DNA of 64,000 nt from Camelus ferus (taxonomy: Eukaryota). The stretch covers positions 80,106,001 to 80,170,000 of the forward strand of contig NC_045697.1 of NCBI RefSeq assembly GCF_009834535.1, in the 5' to 3' direction. A model generated the notes under the pieces. That model searched no databases, had not been told where the DNA came from, and saw nothing but the letters and a program-made list of their open reading frames with translations. The position numbers and the translations under genes are program-made. This document shows, piece after piece, positions 26,778 to 40,891 of the stretch; the first letter of the stretch is position 1, and every line of letters starts with the position of its first letter.

Positions 26778-29700
26778 TTCCTGGATGGTGATGGTGTTGG
26801 GAAAGAATTAATGACAGTGATCAGTGGATAATGATCATGAGTCCTCCCCATCTCCAGTCCATTGATCACAGGTTGCTTTGGGATCATAAAACTGAGGTAT
26901 CCAGAATGGTGGCATTTTATGGCCCTTGGTGAAAAGTAGATATGAGAGATATCAGAGAAGGAGGTCCTCCCATATCTAATGGCAGTGTGACTAAAACCAA
27001 AAAGCAAAACAAAAACAAAACAAGACCCTGGTAAGTTCAAAGGATAAATCTGAGAATAGGCTGGCTTTTACTCAAACGTTTGCTATCCCGTGGAACAGTC
27101 CTTGAGAAAGTAGAAATTCAGAACTACTTGACTCCTCAAACCTCCTAACATTAATTCTGTTGATCCAGACTATCCTATCTAGATTATTTAATTTACCAGG
27201 AGAGAGAAATGTAAAAATTGTTTGAACTTGTCTCAGATTCTTGTACTGCTTCACATAGGGCTGGCAGTTCAATTTGTTGAGAAGCAAAATGAAGATTTGA
27301 GACAACTGACTATTAATCTGATATTTGAATGTATGTCATGGATGAAAGGGGATTTCTTTCCTACGTCTGTAACATGCTTTTATCTAGGGTGAAATATGAA
27401 ACAAACTCCATATCCTTGATTTATTTAGTCAGAACATATGTTCTCCTCTGAAGCTTTTGTGTAAGGTGAGAGAGAAGGTGTGAGAGAGAGGAGAGAGAGT
27501 GAGACACTGAGCAATTAACCATCTAACTTCCTAGGTACAGTAGATGTCCCAGGAAATTAAGAGGTTGTCCAGTAGCCCTTAATATGGACTGTTAGTAGAT
27601 CTTTGGTACCACACATTTTTAAAGACATTCTTATAATCTCTACAAACATTTTGCCATCAATCTCTCCTTCTTAATATACATTCTATTATTTTCAATGGCC
27701 ATGCTCTTTTCTGTGGAAAATCATGTATCCATTCAACCCACACAAAACCAGACTGCTTGAGGAAATGTGAAATTCAATTGACTAGCACATTTCAGACTAA
27801 ATATGGTCACTGGCTCTTTATTTCCTGCACTCGTTTAGTTTACAATTCACATTTGGGTATTTTCTCCTCAGTAACTGCATTTTGTTAGAGGTCTCTAGAG
27901 CCTGAGTCTATTTTGCTTATTGGATTTCTTCCAACGCTTTGTTCTGAGAAATTGGAATGGCTTTCACCCAAAACAACTGAGAATTTACTTGCTGTTATCC
28001 AGCCACCGTGTACCTTTGACCTGAGGAGACCCTGTAAGTTGCTCTCCAATTGCACGTGTTTATTTCAGCCGTCCTGGATGGAATCTCTTTGCCTCAATTT
28101 TTTCTATCTTTTTTACCAAACTGTTCTACCTTGCAGTGTTTTTAAGAATGAGACCATGCTCACTTGGGCTCTTTAAAGGTAATCCTAGTTCTTCATTACT
28201 TTTACTGACAAATTATTAGCCTCTCCTTTTATCCTAATGGAGAGTCTTGATGCCATCATTTCACCCCACGGGTTGTTCTCTTTAGAACCTGAATCATCAG
28301 GAAGAATCTCCATACAAGAACGTTGGTACAGTTGCTGTATTAGAAATTGTGAAATTTTAGAGTGTCATCTTTGCAAGAAAAAAAATGGTGCTTCGATTAG
28401 CTATTTTTGCTGAAGGTTGCCTGTACATTTAGGAAGGAAAAGTGGGAAAAAAAATTCTAGTTTGAACTCAGTATTTTCTATGCTCTGTGTGTGTGTATGT
28501 GTTTAACCCTGGGAAAACCTGATCACAATTTCTTAGTCAAATTTGAGTTGAATGGTTGCATTTTCTTACAGTCCAGCTCAGTTTCTTTCATGTGCCTTCT
28601 CTTGACAAAACATCTTCGGTTCCAAAAGCCACATGGTTGATCCAGAATGTTCCCCACTGCCGCATTGGCTCCTCTCCACACCAAGCTGTTACTGGGCTAT
28701 TTCCTGCCCACTCAACCCTCCATTTCAACAGCAACAAAACGCCATCTCTCCTCTGCCTCCAACTCCCTTCTGAAGAGGCACACTCAACCGGGAACTCTTC
28801 ATCATAACAAGCTTGTTTGTTCTTCATGACTAAGTACATACTTTAATTGACAGTTTCTTCTAACAACCAGGTGTTTCTGGCTCTTTGAAGAACATGCACA
28901 ATTAAAGGGTTAATGTAGTTTTCTTGAGTTTTGGTTTTTGTTTTGTTTTTTAGTTCACCTTCTCTTCGTCCAAAGCAAAATTGAGATTTGTAATTATTTG
29001 TTTGGAATTGTCACTGCCTGGCTGCATCATTTTACTTACTTGGTTAACTGGGTTTTTTGGGTTGTTCTTTAAAAAAAAAAAAAATTGGTTGTTAGCAGAG
29101 AGAAGGGCTGCATGATGTAAATGAGGCCAGAAACAATGACTCATCCTGTGTCTGGAAGTGCTGATTTTACCCTCACGGGATTGAGAGTGGAGACCTCTTT
29201 AATCAAGATGAGATGATCAGCCTGGCTGCTATGGTGATAGAATGCATGTTTTCAGAGGTAGTCAGAGCTGGATGGTACTTCAGCATTCCCTGGGGAGAGA
29301 GACACTGCTGCCAGCAACTCCACTCTGTTCCCAGGCGAATTCAGGGACCAATTGCTTACCCTGAAGACGGCTCTTAATTATGAGTCACAGCAGTGGTAGA
29401 TCAGGCATGTCTGGAAAGCTGTTGTTTTAGCCTTACACTTTTTAAACTTTCCCTGAGTAAAGTTCATCTTGCTGTTTCTTTCCAAACACTCTTATTTTAA
29501 AAATGACTTATTAATGAAGTCGCTTTTTGTTGAGAAATGAGTATCTTCGAACACCAACCTGAAAAGGCACCTATGTTACCCTCCACCTTTCTTCTATCAC
29601 CAACCCCTCGGAAATGAAAGGCTATTGTATGTGAGAGCTTTATTATTATTAATTATTATTAAGTAGATATTTGTTGAGGAGCTACTATGTGCCAGGACAC

Positions 29701-30039
29701 AGGAGTAATGGTGTGTCTTAGAAACACATCTAGTTATTAATAGCTACATCTTTTAAAAAACTCTTAGTTTTCTTTATATCAAAAATATTTCATATTATAG
29801 AACATTTGGAAAATTCAGAAAAGCATTAAAAATAAGACGGAATTATCAATGATACCAATATATAGTCAGGCATATTTATTAAAATTTTAATGGATATTCT
29901 TCCTTGTTTCTTCTATTTACATAGATCTTTGTTACAAAAATGGCATGATTCCTTACATGTGTGCTTGTATTGCTTCTACAATGACTATACCAGTATCAGT
30001 ATGGATATATATTTGCCATCTTTTATAATAAGCCCCATT

Positions 30040-32560
30040 TATTAGTTAGGACAATGCTACCACCTATTATAAATATGCTGCCAAATCTCAGTGACTTAAC
30101 CCCAGAGAAGTTTATATTTATCCCACGTAACAAACTACTGTGGGTAGCTCTGGTCTGTGGGCGACCTTTCGTGTGTGGATTCAGGCATCCAGGCATCTTC
30201 CCTTTTGTGGTTGGCCTTCCCCTAGAGTTCCAAAATATTTTACCATCAGTGTCAGATGAAGAATGAGAAAAGGGAGAACGCACACATGTTTCTCAGATTT
30301 CAAGTTTGAAAGTGACCTGTATTATCTCCTCCCCCATGGTATCCACATTGCTAGAACCAGTCACGAGGCTCCACCTAGCCTCACAGGAAGCTAGGAGATG
30401 TGGTCTCTCTCTGGGCAGCTACTTCCCAGTGATGGTTCTGGGCAATGGAAGGGAAGCATAAAATTTGGGATGATCAGTTATGTGTTTCTTAACGTGTTAT
30501 ACCATCTGGGCAGCCAATATCTACATACCAACTTCTTGTTAAACACAGAATATACCTATTTCTTCCCCAAGGAATTTCCAATTCATGCATCCTCCAAATC
30601 TTGGATCTGTGGATGAGGAACAGTCCTTTCCACAGGTTTGGATGTGGCTCCACATGGTTTGGCAACATTTGAGTTAAAAGGCACCCCCTGACAGCCATAT
30701 CATGGTGGAGCAGGGACAGGATGGCTAGAATAGTGAGAATTGAGACTATAGTGTCTGTGTGACTTAGCTAAGTGTTGTGGACCACAACTTTATCATTTGT
30801 TCCTGGAAAGCCTTATCCTGGAAAGACATGGCTATAGGTCAAGAAATCATTTTATTATTTGTTTTAGGAAATTCCCACAGACTTTTTTTTTAGGATAACA
30901 ATGGTCTGCTCACCTGGGTAAGGAGCTAATTTATCAGTGACAACTTACTTATCAAGGCTTTCCTTCAAGACCTTCCCTTTCATTTATACCTACCAGCCCT
31001 AGACTGTTATATCACATACTTTGCCTTATCTCAAATACTACCTCATCTTGAATGACTTGCTTTAAAGCAATTGATCCCAGACCCTGAAATCTGTCACTGT
31101 CCCACTCCTGACTTTTCCCTCCTGAGACACTGCTAAACCTTCATCAAGGTGGTAATCTCTTTTACTGCAATAAGATTTCAAAAATTTAATTTTGTTTTAA
31201 CACATTATCTAATGACATTGGGGAATTCAACAATTGAGGGGAAAAATTGGAGTCACACAGCAGTCACTGGTCCCTGGCAAAGTTGCAGTCATTCTGAGTT
31301 TGTGGCGTTGTGAAGTCTCTCTGTCCTGACCAGGGGGTGGGTGGTAGGTGGGGGAGGAGTCCTTTGATGAACCATGGAACCAGCACTGTGGTAGGGATTC
31401 CATTGGTAGGAATGACCATTTGGAGTGGGCATAGGAGAATGCCCTTTGGTTCTGTTGAGCTTTCTCTTTGTGCAAATTTTGGGATTTGAGGATAATGCTT
31501 AAACATTCAGTAGCATTTTTGTTCAAGATTGTGGGTTCTTTGGCAGTATAACTTTTATCCCAAACCTCATTCTCAGGCCTGCTTTATTTTGTGGCTTTCT
31601 TGCCCCATGCCTTTCTCTTAACTTAATGATGCCTGTCTTAAAGCTATCTTTAAACAATGGGTTTATGTGGGAAGGAAACCTCCTTATTCTGATTTTTGTT
31701 CCAAGACTGAGTCACTTTGTTTAACTGAAAAAATAAAGGGTCTCTGTTGTTCAAAACCTTTGCAGTTATCTATTAATGTTTGAGTTCTAGAATCATGCAG
31801 ACTTTCTAATTGTGAGAAACCCCAAATAGCTGGATTCTCTGTATTTCCTTTCACTTTTTGCTTGTAAACTGGTCAATTCTTGCCTGAGCTCATCTTTCTT
31901 CTAATAGCATGCTGAAACAGCCAGCCACAAGCTAACACAACCAACATTCTAATTTAGAGCTACAGGCTTGGCAAGTACTGAGTTATTGGCAGCCAAGTTT
32001 TTTCAAGTCTGTTGCCACTGCATAACATGAGTCTCCATTTTTCCAGCTTCCTACATCAATTTCTGCTATCCCCTGAATGGCCGCAGGTACTGTAGGATTC
32101 TGTTAAAATGGCATTCTAGTTGTAGTACCAATTTTGGGGATGAAAATAAATGTCTCAAAATCAGTGAATTGAAAAAATAGAAATGTATTGCTTGCTTACA
32201 CAAACTTATGTGGGTGTTCTTCGTCAGCAAGTGACCTTCCATATGGAGATTTGGGGACCTCCGTTCATACTGGGACTCTGCACTCCACTGCTTTCCTGCC
32301 ACTCAGAGCCTTGGAACCCTCACCCAGCCAGGGATGAGGAAGGGAGTACGGAATGCACACCTGGGTATTCAGGTCTTTGGCCTGAGAGGTGTTATAGTGT
32401 TCTTGTTCACATTACATTGCCAAGATGTAGTCACATGACCACTTGTTGTCAGGAGACCGAGAAGCGCAGTCCCTCACCCGAGCTGGGCAGTGACTTTCCA
32501 GTGACACCGCTGTACTTTGGAAGGAGGATTTGTGGTGGCAGGTTAGTCATCTGCCACATT
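30040..32560 (-). mobile_element. Old MaLR (MLT1J/K-like) with two LTRs (~30040-30490, ~32110-32560) and internal sequence
   Basis: Two diverged direct repeats (aaatctcagtgacttaa..ctgggcagctacttcccagtga and aaatcagtgaattgaa..ctgggcagtgactttccagtga) flank MLT-int-like sequence. Confidence 0.6.
30773..31232 (+). mobile_element. Possible solo LTR inserted in the MaLR internal region
   Basis: TGTT...CAACA ends, ~460 bp, LTR-like layout. Family not identified and no clear TSD. Confidence 0.4.
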
Positions 32561-32739
32561 TCCTTTTTTTATGGCAAATTTCTTTCTGATCTGGACACCA
32601 GAACACTGATTTTCTCTGATCACAACTCTAATAAATACCCAGTGATTTCAGCCTGTCTTCTCCACACGGACCATTACCATCAGGGCTGGGGGTTTCCATC
32701 GTCCACCTGGATGTCCGTCTTAAATTCCTAGTTGAAGTC

Positions 32740-33229
32740 TGTATTAGTTTCCTACTGCAGCTGTAAGAATTACCACAAACTTAGTGGCTTAAAACAACTC
32801 ATATTTATTTTCTTCCAATTCTGAGAGTCAGAACTCTCCTTGGGCTAAACTCAGTGTGTACGTTCTGGAGGCTCTCTCTCGAGTCTGTTTCCTTGCCTTT
32901 TCCAGCTTCTAGAGGCCACTTGTGTTCCTTGGCTCACAGCCCTGTTCTCCATTTTCAAAGCCAGCAGTGTAGCATCTTCTGATCTCTCCTTTTCTCTCTC
33001 TGAGTCTCATGTCTGCTCCTATAGTCACATCTTCTCTAATTTTCCTCCCTCTTTTCTTTCCTTACAAGGATTCTTATTATGATACTAGGCCCACCTAGAG
33101 TTGTCTCCCATCTCAAGATCCTTCATTTACTCACATAGGCAAAATCCCTTTTGCCAGGTAAGATAACATATTCTCAGGTCCCAGGGACTAGGATATGGAC
33201 ATCTTTGGAGGGTTATTCTGCCTGCCCCA
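32740..33229 (-). mobile_element. MaLR solo LTR (MLT1C/D-like)
   Basis: tgtattagtttcct..ttaccacaaacttagtggcttaaaacaac..ccttttccagcttctagaggc..ggacatctttggagg. Confidence 0.88.
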
Positions 33230-33504
33230 GAAGCCACATCTCTAATCTTTGACCCACTTCAATATATGTGCCGCACTGCTGCCAGAGTGATCTCTCTAAA
33301 ATACAGAACTAACCAAATCATTCTTATCACTGTAACTTTTTTCTGTGAGTAGCACATTTCATTACTAGTGAATTTTGAAAACAACTTCTCAAAGCAAACC
33401 TAACATAGGAAGAATCAAATGAGATCACACCAGTTGGAGAAAATGCATGGGAGCAGGAGCATTTGTAATTTCCCAGTTTACTTTGTTGGGTCCTATGACA
33501 CATG

Positions 33505-36500
33505 ATTTTAAATTTTTTTAATTGAGGCATAATTGACATATTCGTGTCAGGTATACAGCACAATGATTTGAGTTCAGTATTATTAACTACAGTCACCATG
33601 CTGTGCATTACATCCCCATGACTTATTTGTTTTATTACTAGAAGTTTGTACCTTTTGACTCCCTTCACCCATTCCTAAACCATTCCATCATCCCACCGTA
33701 CCCTGCCTCTGACGGTTACCAGTCTGTTCTCTGTATCTATGAGCTTAGATATTTTGCTTTGTTTTTAAAGATTCCACATATAAGTGAGCTCATACTGTAT
33801 TTGTCTTTCTCTGACTTACTTCACTTAAAATGATGCCTTCAAGGTCCATTCAAATTGTCACAAATAGCAAGATTTCCTTCTTTTTTATGGCTGAAAACAT
33901 TTTCTTTATCCATTCATCCATTGATGGGCACTTAGGTTGTTTCTATATATTGATTATTGTAAATAATGCCGTGATGAACATAGAAGTGCATATATCTTTT
34001 TGAGTTGTGTTTTTGTTTCCTCTGGGTAAATACCCAAAAGTGAAATGGCTGGATCATATGGTAGTTCTATTTTTAATTTTTTGAGACATTTCCATGCTAT
34101 TTCCCTAGTGGCTGCACCAATTTACATTCCCACGACTGGTGCACAAGAGTTCCCTTTACTCCACATCCTCACTAACACTTGTTTTTTCTTGTCTTTTTGA
34201 TAATAGCCATTCTAACAGGTGTGATGTGATATCTCATTGTGGTTTTGATTTGTATTTCACTGATGATTAGTTATGTTGAGCATCTTTTCATGTTACCTGT
34301 TGGTCATCTGTATGTATTCTTTGGAAAAAATATCTGCTTAGAGCCTATGCCCATTTTTTATTGGATTTTCTTTTTATTGAGTTGTATGAGTTCTTTATAA
34401 TATTTTGAATATTAACCCCTTATCAGATAGATGATTTGCAAATATTTTCTTCCACTTGGTAGGTTGCCTTTTCATTTTGTTAATGGTTTCTTTTGCTCTG
34501 CAGAAACTTTAGTTTGATGTAGTACTATGGTGTAGTACTACTTGTTTATTTTTCTTTTTGTTGCCTTTGCTTTTGATGTCAGATCCAGAAAATCACTGCC
34601 ATCACTGATGTCAAGAGCTTATTATCTGTGTTTTCTTAGCAGCTTCATGGCTTCAGGTCTTATATCCATTTTCAATTAATTTTTGTGTATGATGTAAGAT
34701 AGTGATCTAGTATCATTCTTTTGCATGTAGCTGTCCAATTTTCTAATATTGTTTATTGAAGAGATTGTCCTTTTCCCATTGTATGTTTTTGGCTCTTTTG
34801 TCATAAATTGACCATTTATGTGTGGGTTTTTTCCTGGGCTCTCTGTTCCTTTCCATTGATCTGTGTATCTGTTTTTATGCCAAATTGATTACTATAGCTT
34901 TGAATATAATTTGAAATCAGGGGAGTGTGATGCCTCCAGCTTTGTTCTTCTTTCTCAAGGTTGCTTTGGCCATTCAGGATCTCTTGTGGTTCTATACAAA
35001 TTTTAGGTCTTTAAATTCTATTTTTGTGAAAAATACTGTTGGAATTTTGATAAAGATTGCACTGAATCTGTAGATTTCTTTGGGTAGTGTAGACTTTTTA
35101 ACAGTGTTCTTCAAATCCATGAGCATAGATTGTCTTTCCATTTATTTATGTCTTCAGTTTTTTTCATCAATGTCTGATATTTTTCAGTATACAGGTCTTT
35201 TACTTCCTTGGTTAAATTTATTTCTAGGTATTTTCTCTTAATGCAATTGTAAATGGGATTGTGTTCTTAATTTCGCTTTCTGATAATTCATTATTAGTGT
35301 ATAGAAACACAACAGATTTTTGTATATTGATCTTATATCCCACAACTTTATCAGATTTGTTGATTTGTTCAGTTTTTTTGGTAAAGTCTTTAGGGTTTTC
35401 TATATATAAAAATAACATGTCACCTACAGATAGTGACAGTTTTACTTCTTCTTTTTCAACTTGGATGACTTATTTTCCTTGCCTAATAGCTCTGTCTAGA
35501 ATTCAAATACTGTGTTGAATAAAAGTGGTGAAAGTGTGCCTCCTTGTCTTTTTCCTGATCATAGAGGAAAAGCTGAAAGCTTTTCACCATTGAGTATGTT
35601 TGCTGTGGGCTTGCCATATATGAACTTTATTATGTTGAAGTACATTGCCTCTATATTCACTATGTTGAGAGTTTTTATCATTAATGGATGTTGAATTTTG
35701 TCATGCTTTTTCTGATCTATTGAGATGATCATATGACTTCTGTCCTTCATTTGTTAATGTGGTGTATCATGTTGATAGATTTTTTAATTGAAGTATAGTT
35801 ACTTTAGTGTTATGTCAATTTCTGGTGTAGAGCATAATACTTCAGTCATACATATACATACATATATTTGTTTTCATATTTTTCATTATAGGTGCCTATA
35901 TGATATTGAATATAGTTCCCTGTGCTATACAGTATAAACTTGTTTATCTTTTTTATATATAGTAGTTAGTATCAGCAAATCTCAAACTCCCAATTTATCC
36001 CTTCCCACTCCCTTCCCCTCCTGGTAAACTATAAGTTTGTTTTCTATGTCTGTGAGTCTGTTTCTGATTTATAGATGAGTTCATTAGTGTCCTCTTTTTT
36101 CTTTAGATTACACATATGAGTGATATCATATGGTATTTTTCTTTCTTTCTGGCTTACTTCACTAGAATGATGATCTCCAGGTCCATCCATGTTGCTGCAA
36201 ATGGCATTTTTTTATTATTTATTATTATTTTTTAATGGCAGAGTACTATTCCATTGTATAAATATACCACAACTTCTTTATCCAGCCATCTCTTGATGGA
36301 CATTAGGTTGCTTCCATGTCTTGGCTATTGTAAATAGTGCTGCTATGAACATTGGGGTGCATGTGTCTTTTCAAATTAGAGTTCCCTCTGGATATATGCT
36401 TGGGAGTGGGATTGTTGGATCATATATTAAGTCTATTTTTAGCCTTTTGAGGAATCTCTATGCTCTTTTCCACAATGGCTGCACCAAGCTACATTCCTAC

Positions 36501-37862
36501 CAGTAGTGTAGGAGGGTTCCCTTTTCTCCACAGTGTCTCCAGCTTTTATCGTTTGTGGACTTTTGAATGATGGCCATTCTGACTGGTGTGAGGTGATTCC
36601 TCATTATAGTTTTGGTTTGCATTTCTCTGATAGTTAGTGATATTGAGCATTTTTTTCATGTGCCTATTGGCCATTTGTATGTCTTCATTGGAGAATTGCT
36701 TGTTTAGGTCTGCCTATTTTTGGATTGGTTTTTTTTTTTCTTAAGTTGTATCAGCTGTTTATATATTCTGGAAATTAAGCCCTTATTAGTCTTATCTTTT
36801 GCAAATATTTTCTCCCATTCTGTAGGTTGTCTTTTTGTATTGCTTATGGTTTCCTTTACTGTGCAAAGACTTATAAGTTTAATTAGGTCCCATTTGTTTG
36901 TTTTTGCTTTTATTTCTATTGCCTGGGTAGATTGCCCAAGGAAAACATTGCTAATATTTATGTCAGAGAATGATTTGCCCATGTTTTCTTCTAAGAGGTT
37001 TATAGTGTCTTGTCTTATGTTTAAGTCTTTGAGCCATTTTGAGTTTATTTTTGTGTATGGTGATGAGGGAGTGTTCATTGATTTATGTGCAGCTGTCCAG
37101 TTTTCCCAGCAGCATTTGCTGAAGAGACTGTCTTTACTCCATTGTATATTCTTGCCTCTTTTGTCAAAGATTAATTGACCAAAAGTCTGTGGGTTTATTT
37201 CTGGGCTCTTTATTCTGTTTCATTGATCCATATGTCTGTTTTTGTACCAATACCATGCTGTTGTGATTACTGTAATTCTTTAGTACTGTCTGAAGTCTGG
37301 GAGGGTTATTCCTCCAGCTTCATTCTTTTTCTTCAATATTGTTTTGGCAATTCTGGGTCTTTTGTGATTCCATATAAATTTTAGGATTATTTGTTCTAGT
37401 CCTATGGAAAATGTCCTGGGTTAATTTGATAGGGATTGCATTAAATCTGTAGATTGCTTTGGGTAGTATAGCCATTTTAACAATATTAATTCTTCCATAT
37501 TGATTTTTCTTATGTTAAACCATTCTTGCGTCCCTGGAGTGAACCCCACTTGATTATAGTGTATGATCCTTTTAATGTATTATTGAATTTGATTGCTAAT
37601 ATTTTGTTGCAGATTTTTGCATCTATGTTCACCAGGGATATTGGCCTATATTTTTCTTTCTTTTTTTTTTTTTTTGTGGTGTCCTTGTTTGGTTTTGGTA
37701 TCAGGGTGATGCTGATGTCATAAAGTGAGTTTGGAAGTGTTTCTTCCTCTTCTGGTTTTTTAGAGGAGTTTGAGAAGGATTGGTATTAATTCCTTTTTAA
37801 ATGTTAGGTAGAATGCATCAGTGAAATCATCTGGTCCTGGACTTTTGTTTTTTGGGAGGTTC
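33505..37862 (-). mobile_element. 5'-truncated L1 (host), interrupted at ~35780-37496
   Basis: Antisense 3'UTR from 33505, ORF2 remnants ([34 protein letters not shown]). ORF2 resumes at ~37497. Confidence 0.9.
35780..37496 (-). mobile_element. Young 5'-truncated L1 (~1.7 kb), same family as 54133-60908, nested in an older L1
   Basis: ORF 36704..37078(-) [39 protein letters not shown]. 3'UTR matches 60600-60890. Confidence 0.92.
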
Positions 37863-38840
37863 ATCAGAACTCCTTAATGGCTATCTATCCATTATGTATA
37901 AGTAAATTCTGTTATTCTTACTATACATGATATTGTATGTCTTTTGCAGTCTGCTACTTTTAGTATATTTACCTGCTGGGAGAAAATACTAAACCATCAG
38001 TCTCTCTAGTATTATTTCTGGATACATTCCTTGCTCTTCTAACTTTTGCTCCAGCAACAACTAGACTACATATAGGTTTCTGAATGTATTTTAGTCTTTC
38101 GTTTCTTTCCATATGTTGTTCTGTCTTCCTGAATCTTCTCTTTCATATGTATCCTCTCAACTGAAGTCTCAGATAATTGCCTTGTGTAAACCAGACTAAA
38201 TCCAACTATTGATTTGTTCAGTACCAGCACATGTGCAGATAAACATGACAGGAAAAAAAAAAAAAAACATTTCACTGTGCTGATTTGTCTCTTATTTGTG
38301 ACTACAAACTCTAGTGGGCTCTCAGAACTTCCTGCTAATCCAACTGCATTTCCCTAGCCTGCCCCATCTTCTCTTCCTCCCTCCCTCAACAATATTTCCT
38401 ACCTTCTCCTCCCTTCTTAAAAGCTTAATATCCCTTCTTCCATCCTCACAGTAAGTTGGGGATTTTGCTTCCTATTTCATTGAAGCAGTAGGACTAAGGA
38501 GAAGAGAATTTTGTGCTGCCTGTCCAAAACCTACTGGCCTGTCTAATTTTGTAAGTGTTGAAAACATAATCCACATAAGCATTAGCTTTATGAGGTTTTC
38601 AATTATTTTTAAGAGTATAAAATCTCTAAAGGCTAAAGTCTTTGAGAAACATTGCTCTAGGTTTTATAAATTCATCCTTTTTCATTCCATTTTGAAATTG
38701 GCAATTGCTATTCTCTTTCATGGGACTTCTTACTCATAAGATTGGCTATTAGATTGGATACCATCTACAAACTGTCCATTTATTTGGTCTTTTTGAAAAT
38801 GAAACATTTTTTTTTTTTTCTAAATTACTGCTAATACTGG

Positions 38841-39296
38841 TGTGAAGGTTAATTTTATGTGTCAACTTGACTGGGCCATAAGGTGGCCAGATATTTGGTT
38901 AATGTTATTCTGGGAGTATCTGTGAAGGTGTTTCTGGATGAGATTAACATTTGAATTTATAGACTGAGTAGAGCAGATGGCCTCCCTCATGTGGGTGGGC
39001 CTCCTCCAATCAGTTGAAGGCCTGAATAGAATAAAAAGGAAGACCCTCCCTCCAGTAAGAGAGAACCCCTCTGAGCCTTTGAGCAGGAACTTCAGTTGGT
39101 CTTTTTCTGCCTTCTGACTCAAATGGAAACATTGGCTTTTCTTGGGTCTCAAACTTGCTGGCCTTCAGCCTAGAACTACACCATTGGCTGTTCTGTGTCT
39201 CCAGCTTGCCAATTCATGTGAGCCAATTTCTGACAATAAGTCTCTCTGTATATGCATATAACCTATTGGTTCTGTTTCTCTAGAAAACCTTAATGC
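38841..39296 (+). mobile_element. MLT2-type ERVL solo LTR
   Basis: tgtgaaggttaattttatgtgtcaacttgactgggcca..ccaatcagttgaaggcctgaatagaa..cctattggttctgtttctctaga. Confidence 0.9.
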
Positions 39297-40658
39297 GACC
39301 AATAGAACAAAAATAACAAGAGGAAGTTTCAAAGGCTCTTGGATCCTTTTGAGTGTTCATAGTCATTTTCACCAACCTGTAGTTCTCAAACTGATAATCC
39401 AGGCTGAATGATTCCACCAGGACTTCCTAGGCCTGTCTAAGGATGCTTGTCAGCCCAAATAATATTTAAGAGCAACCTAAATGGTATCTAGAAAAATAGG
39501 TGTGTCAATTTGAAAGGGCAAAATTAAGTGAAAAAACAACAAAAAACCCAAACAGGAACCTACAGCAAAGTCCGTGTGTAGGAAGATCTGGAGATGAATA
39601 TAATCAAGTGGAAAAAACAAGTATTTTAAAACTAAAGCTATGAATAGCAACAGTGCTCTGGAATTTCCCTCCTCTGCGGTACCTTGTCCTTCCACTGTGG
39701 TGACCAGAGTAGAGCATGATTGGACAGCAGAGAAGTATGGTAGACATGAAATGAGGAAACCTGGATTTGAGATAAAATTTTGCCACTGAGTGAGCTTGGA
39801 TATATAATTTATTCGCTCTGATAATTTCTGCCCAGTAAATCATAACTGTTTTTGTGAAGCTAAAATTGAATGGATGATTCAGTATTTTCTTCTCTGGTAA
39901 TTTCCCTAAGGAAATAATCAAAGGTCTGTGCAAAAAGTCAGCTGTAAGGATGTTCATTACTCATCGTTGATGGCATCCGAGTAAAAGAAACACACGTGTT
40001 CAACAATAGGGAACTGATTAAATAAATGGTATATCATTTAGGTAAATAGTATGAGGTCACTAAAAGGAATGTTATAGGAGCATATTGAAATGAAATTTGT
40101 TTATTATATGCTAGTAAGTAAAAAATAAAGCAAGTTACATCAGAGAACATATAGTATAATCTTGTTTTTGTTTTGTGTATGTAATTGGGAGAACTGAACA
40201 TCCTTTTTTCCTTCCTGCAGATGAAGAATGATAAGAATGAAAGTTCCTCAGCATTTCAAGCCTCTCTTGTGAAATAATCAGTAAGGGTGATAGGGCTCTG
40301 TGCTGCTTCTAGTAAGCTGAAGGAGAAGTAGGAAAGAAACCAAATCTGTTGAGGAGAAAGGCTATTGGTGATCATGAGGCAGCTAGCAAAGTGTTTTCTT
40401 TCTGTGTCTTGGAAAAATTATTATTTGTACTTGAGAGGGTGTGTGTATTCATGCTTTTAACAGGTATGTCTTCAAAAAAAAAAAAAAAAAAAAAGAGTGA
40501 ACGTGGAGCACAAAGATAAGATTAACCCAAAAGTGAAGCTTGAGATTTCATGCTGCTGAGTTCTGGAGCTTCTTAATTCCCTCTTCTTCTCATTCCCTCT
40601 TTCCTTCTTTCCTGTTAAGTGGCATCATAGCCTCAGCATAGGAATCACATAGAGAATA

Positions 40659-40891
40659 CATTTGGCCCTTGAACAGTGTGGGGTGCAGGATGCTGACCCT
40701 CTGTGCAGTCGAAAATCCTTGTGTAATTTATAGTTGGCTTTCCCCATATACATGGTTTCTCTGTATCCACAGCTCTGCATCTGCAGATTCAACCCACGGG
40801 GTTCCTGTAGTGTGGTATTTACTGTTGAAAAAAAAATCCACGTGTAAGTGGACCCGCACAGTTCAAACCTGCGTTGTTCAAGGGTCAACTG
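40659..40891. mobile_element. Complete Tigger2-derived MITE (MER8-like, 233 bp)
   Basis: TIRs catttggcccttgaaca / tgttcaagggtcaactg, with TA on both flanks (40657-40658, 40892-40893). Confidence 0.88.

Noticed and set aside
32183..32731. Longest ORF in the track (182 aa)
   Set aside because: Runs across a MaLR LTR and adjacent old repeat sequence, with no recognisable domain or gene structure.
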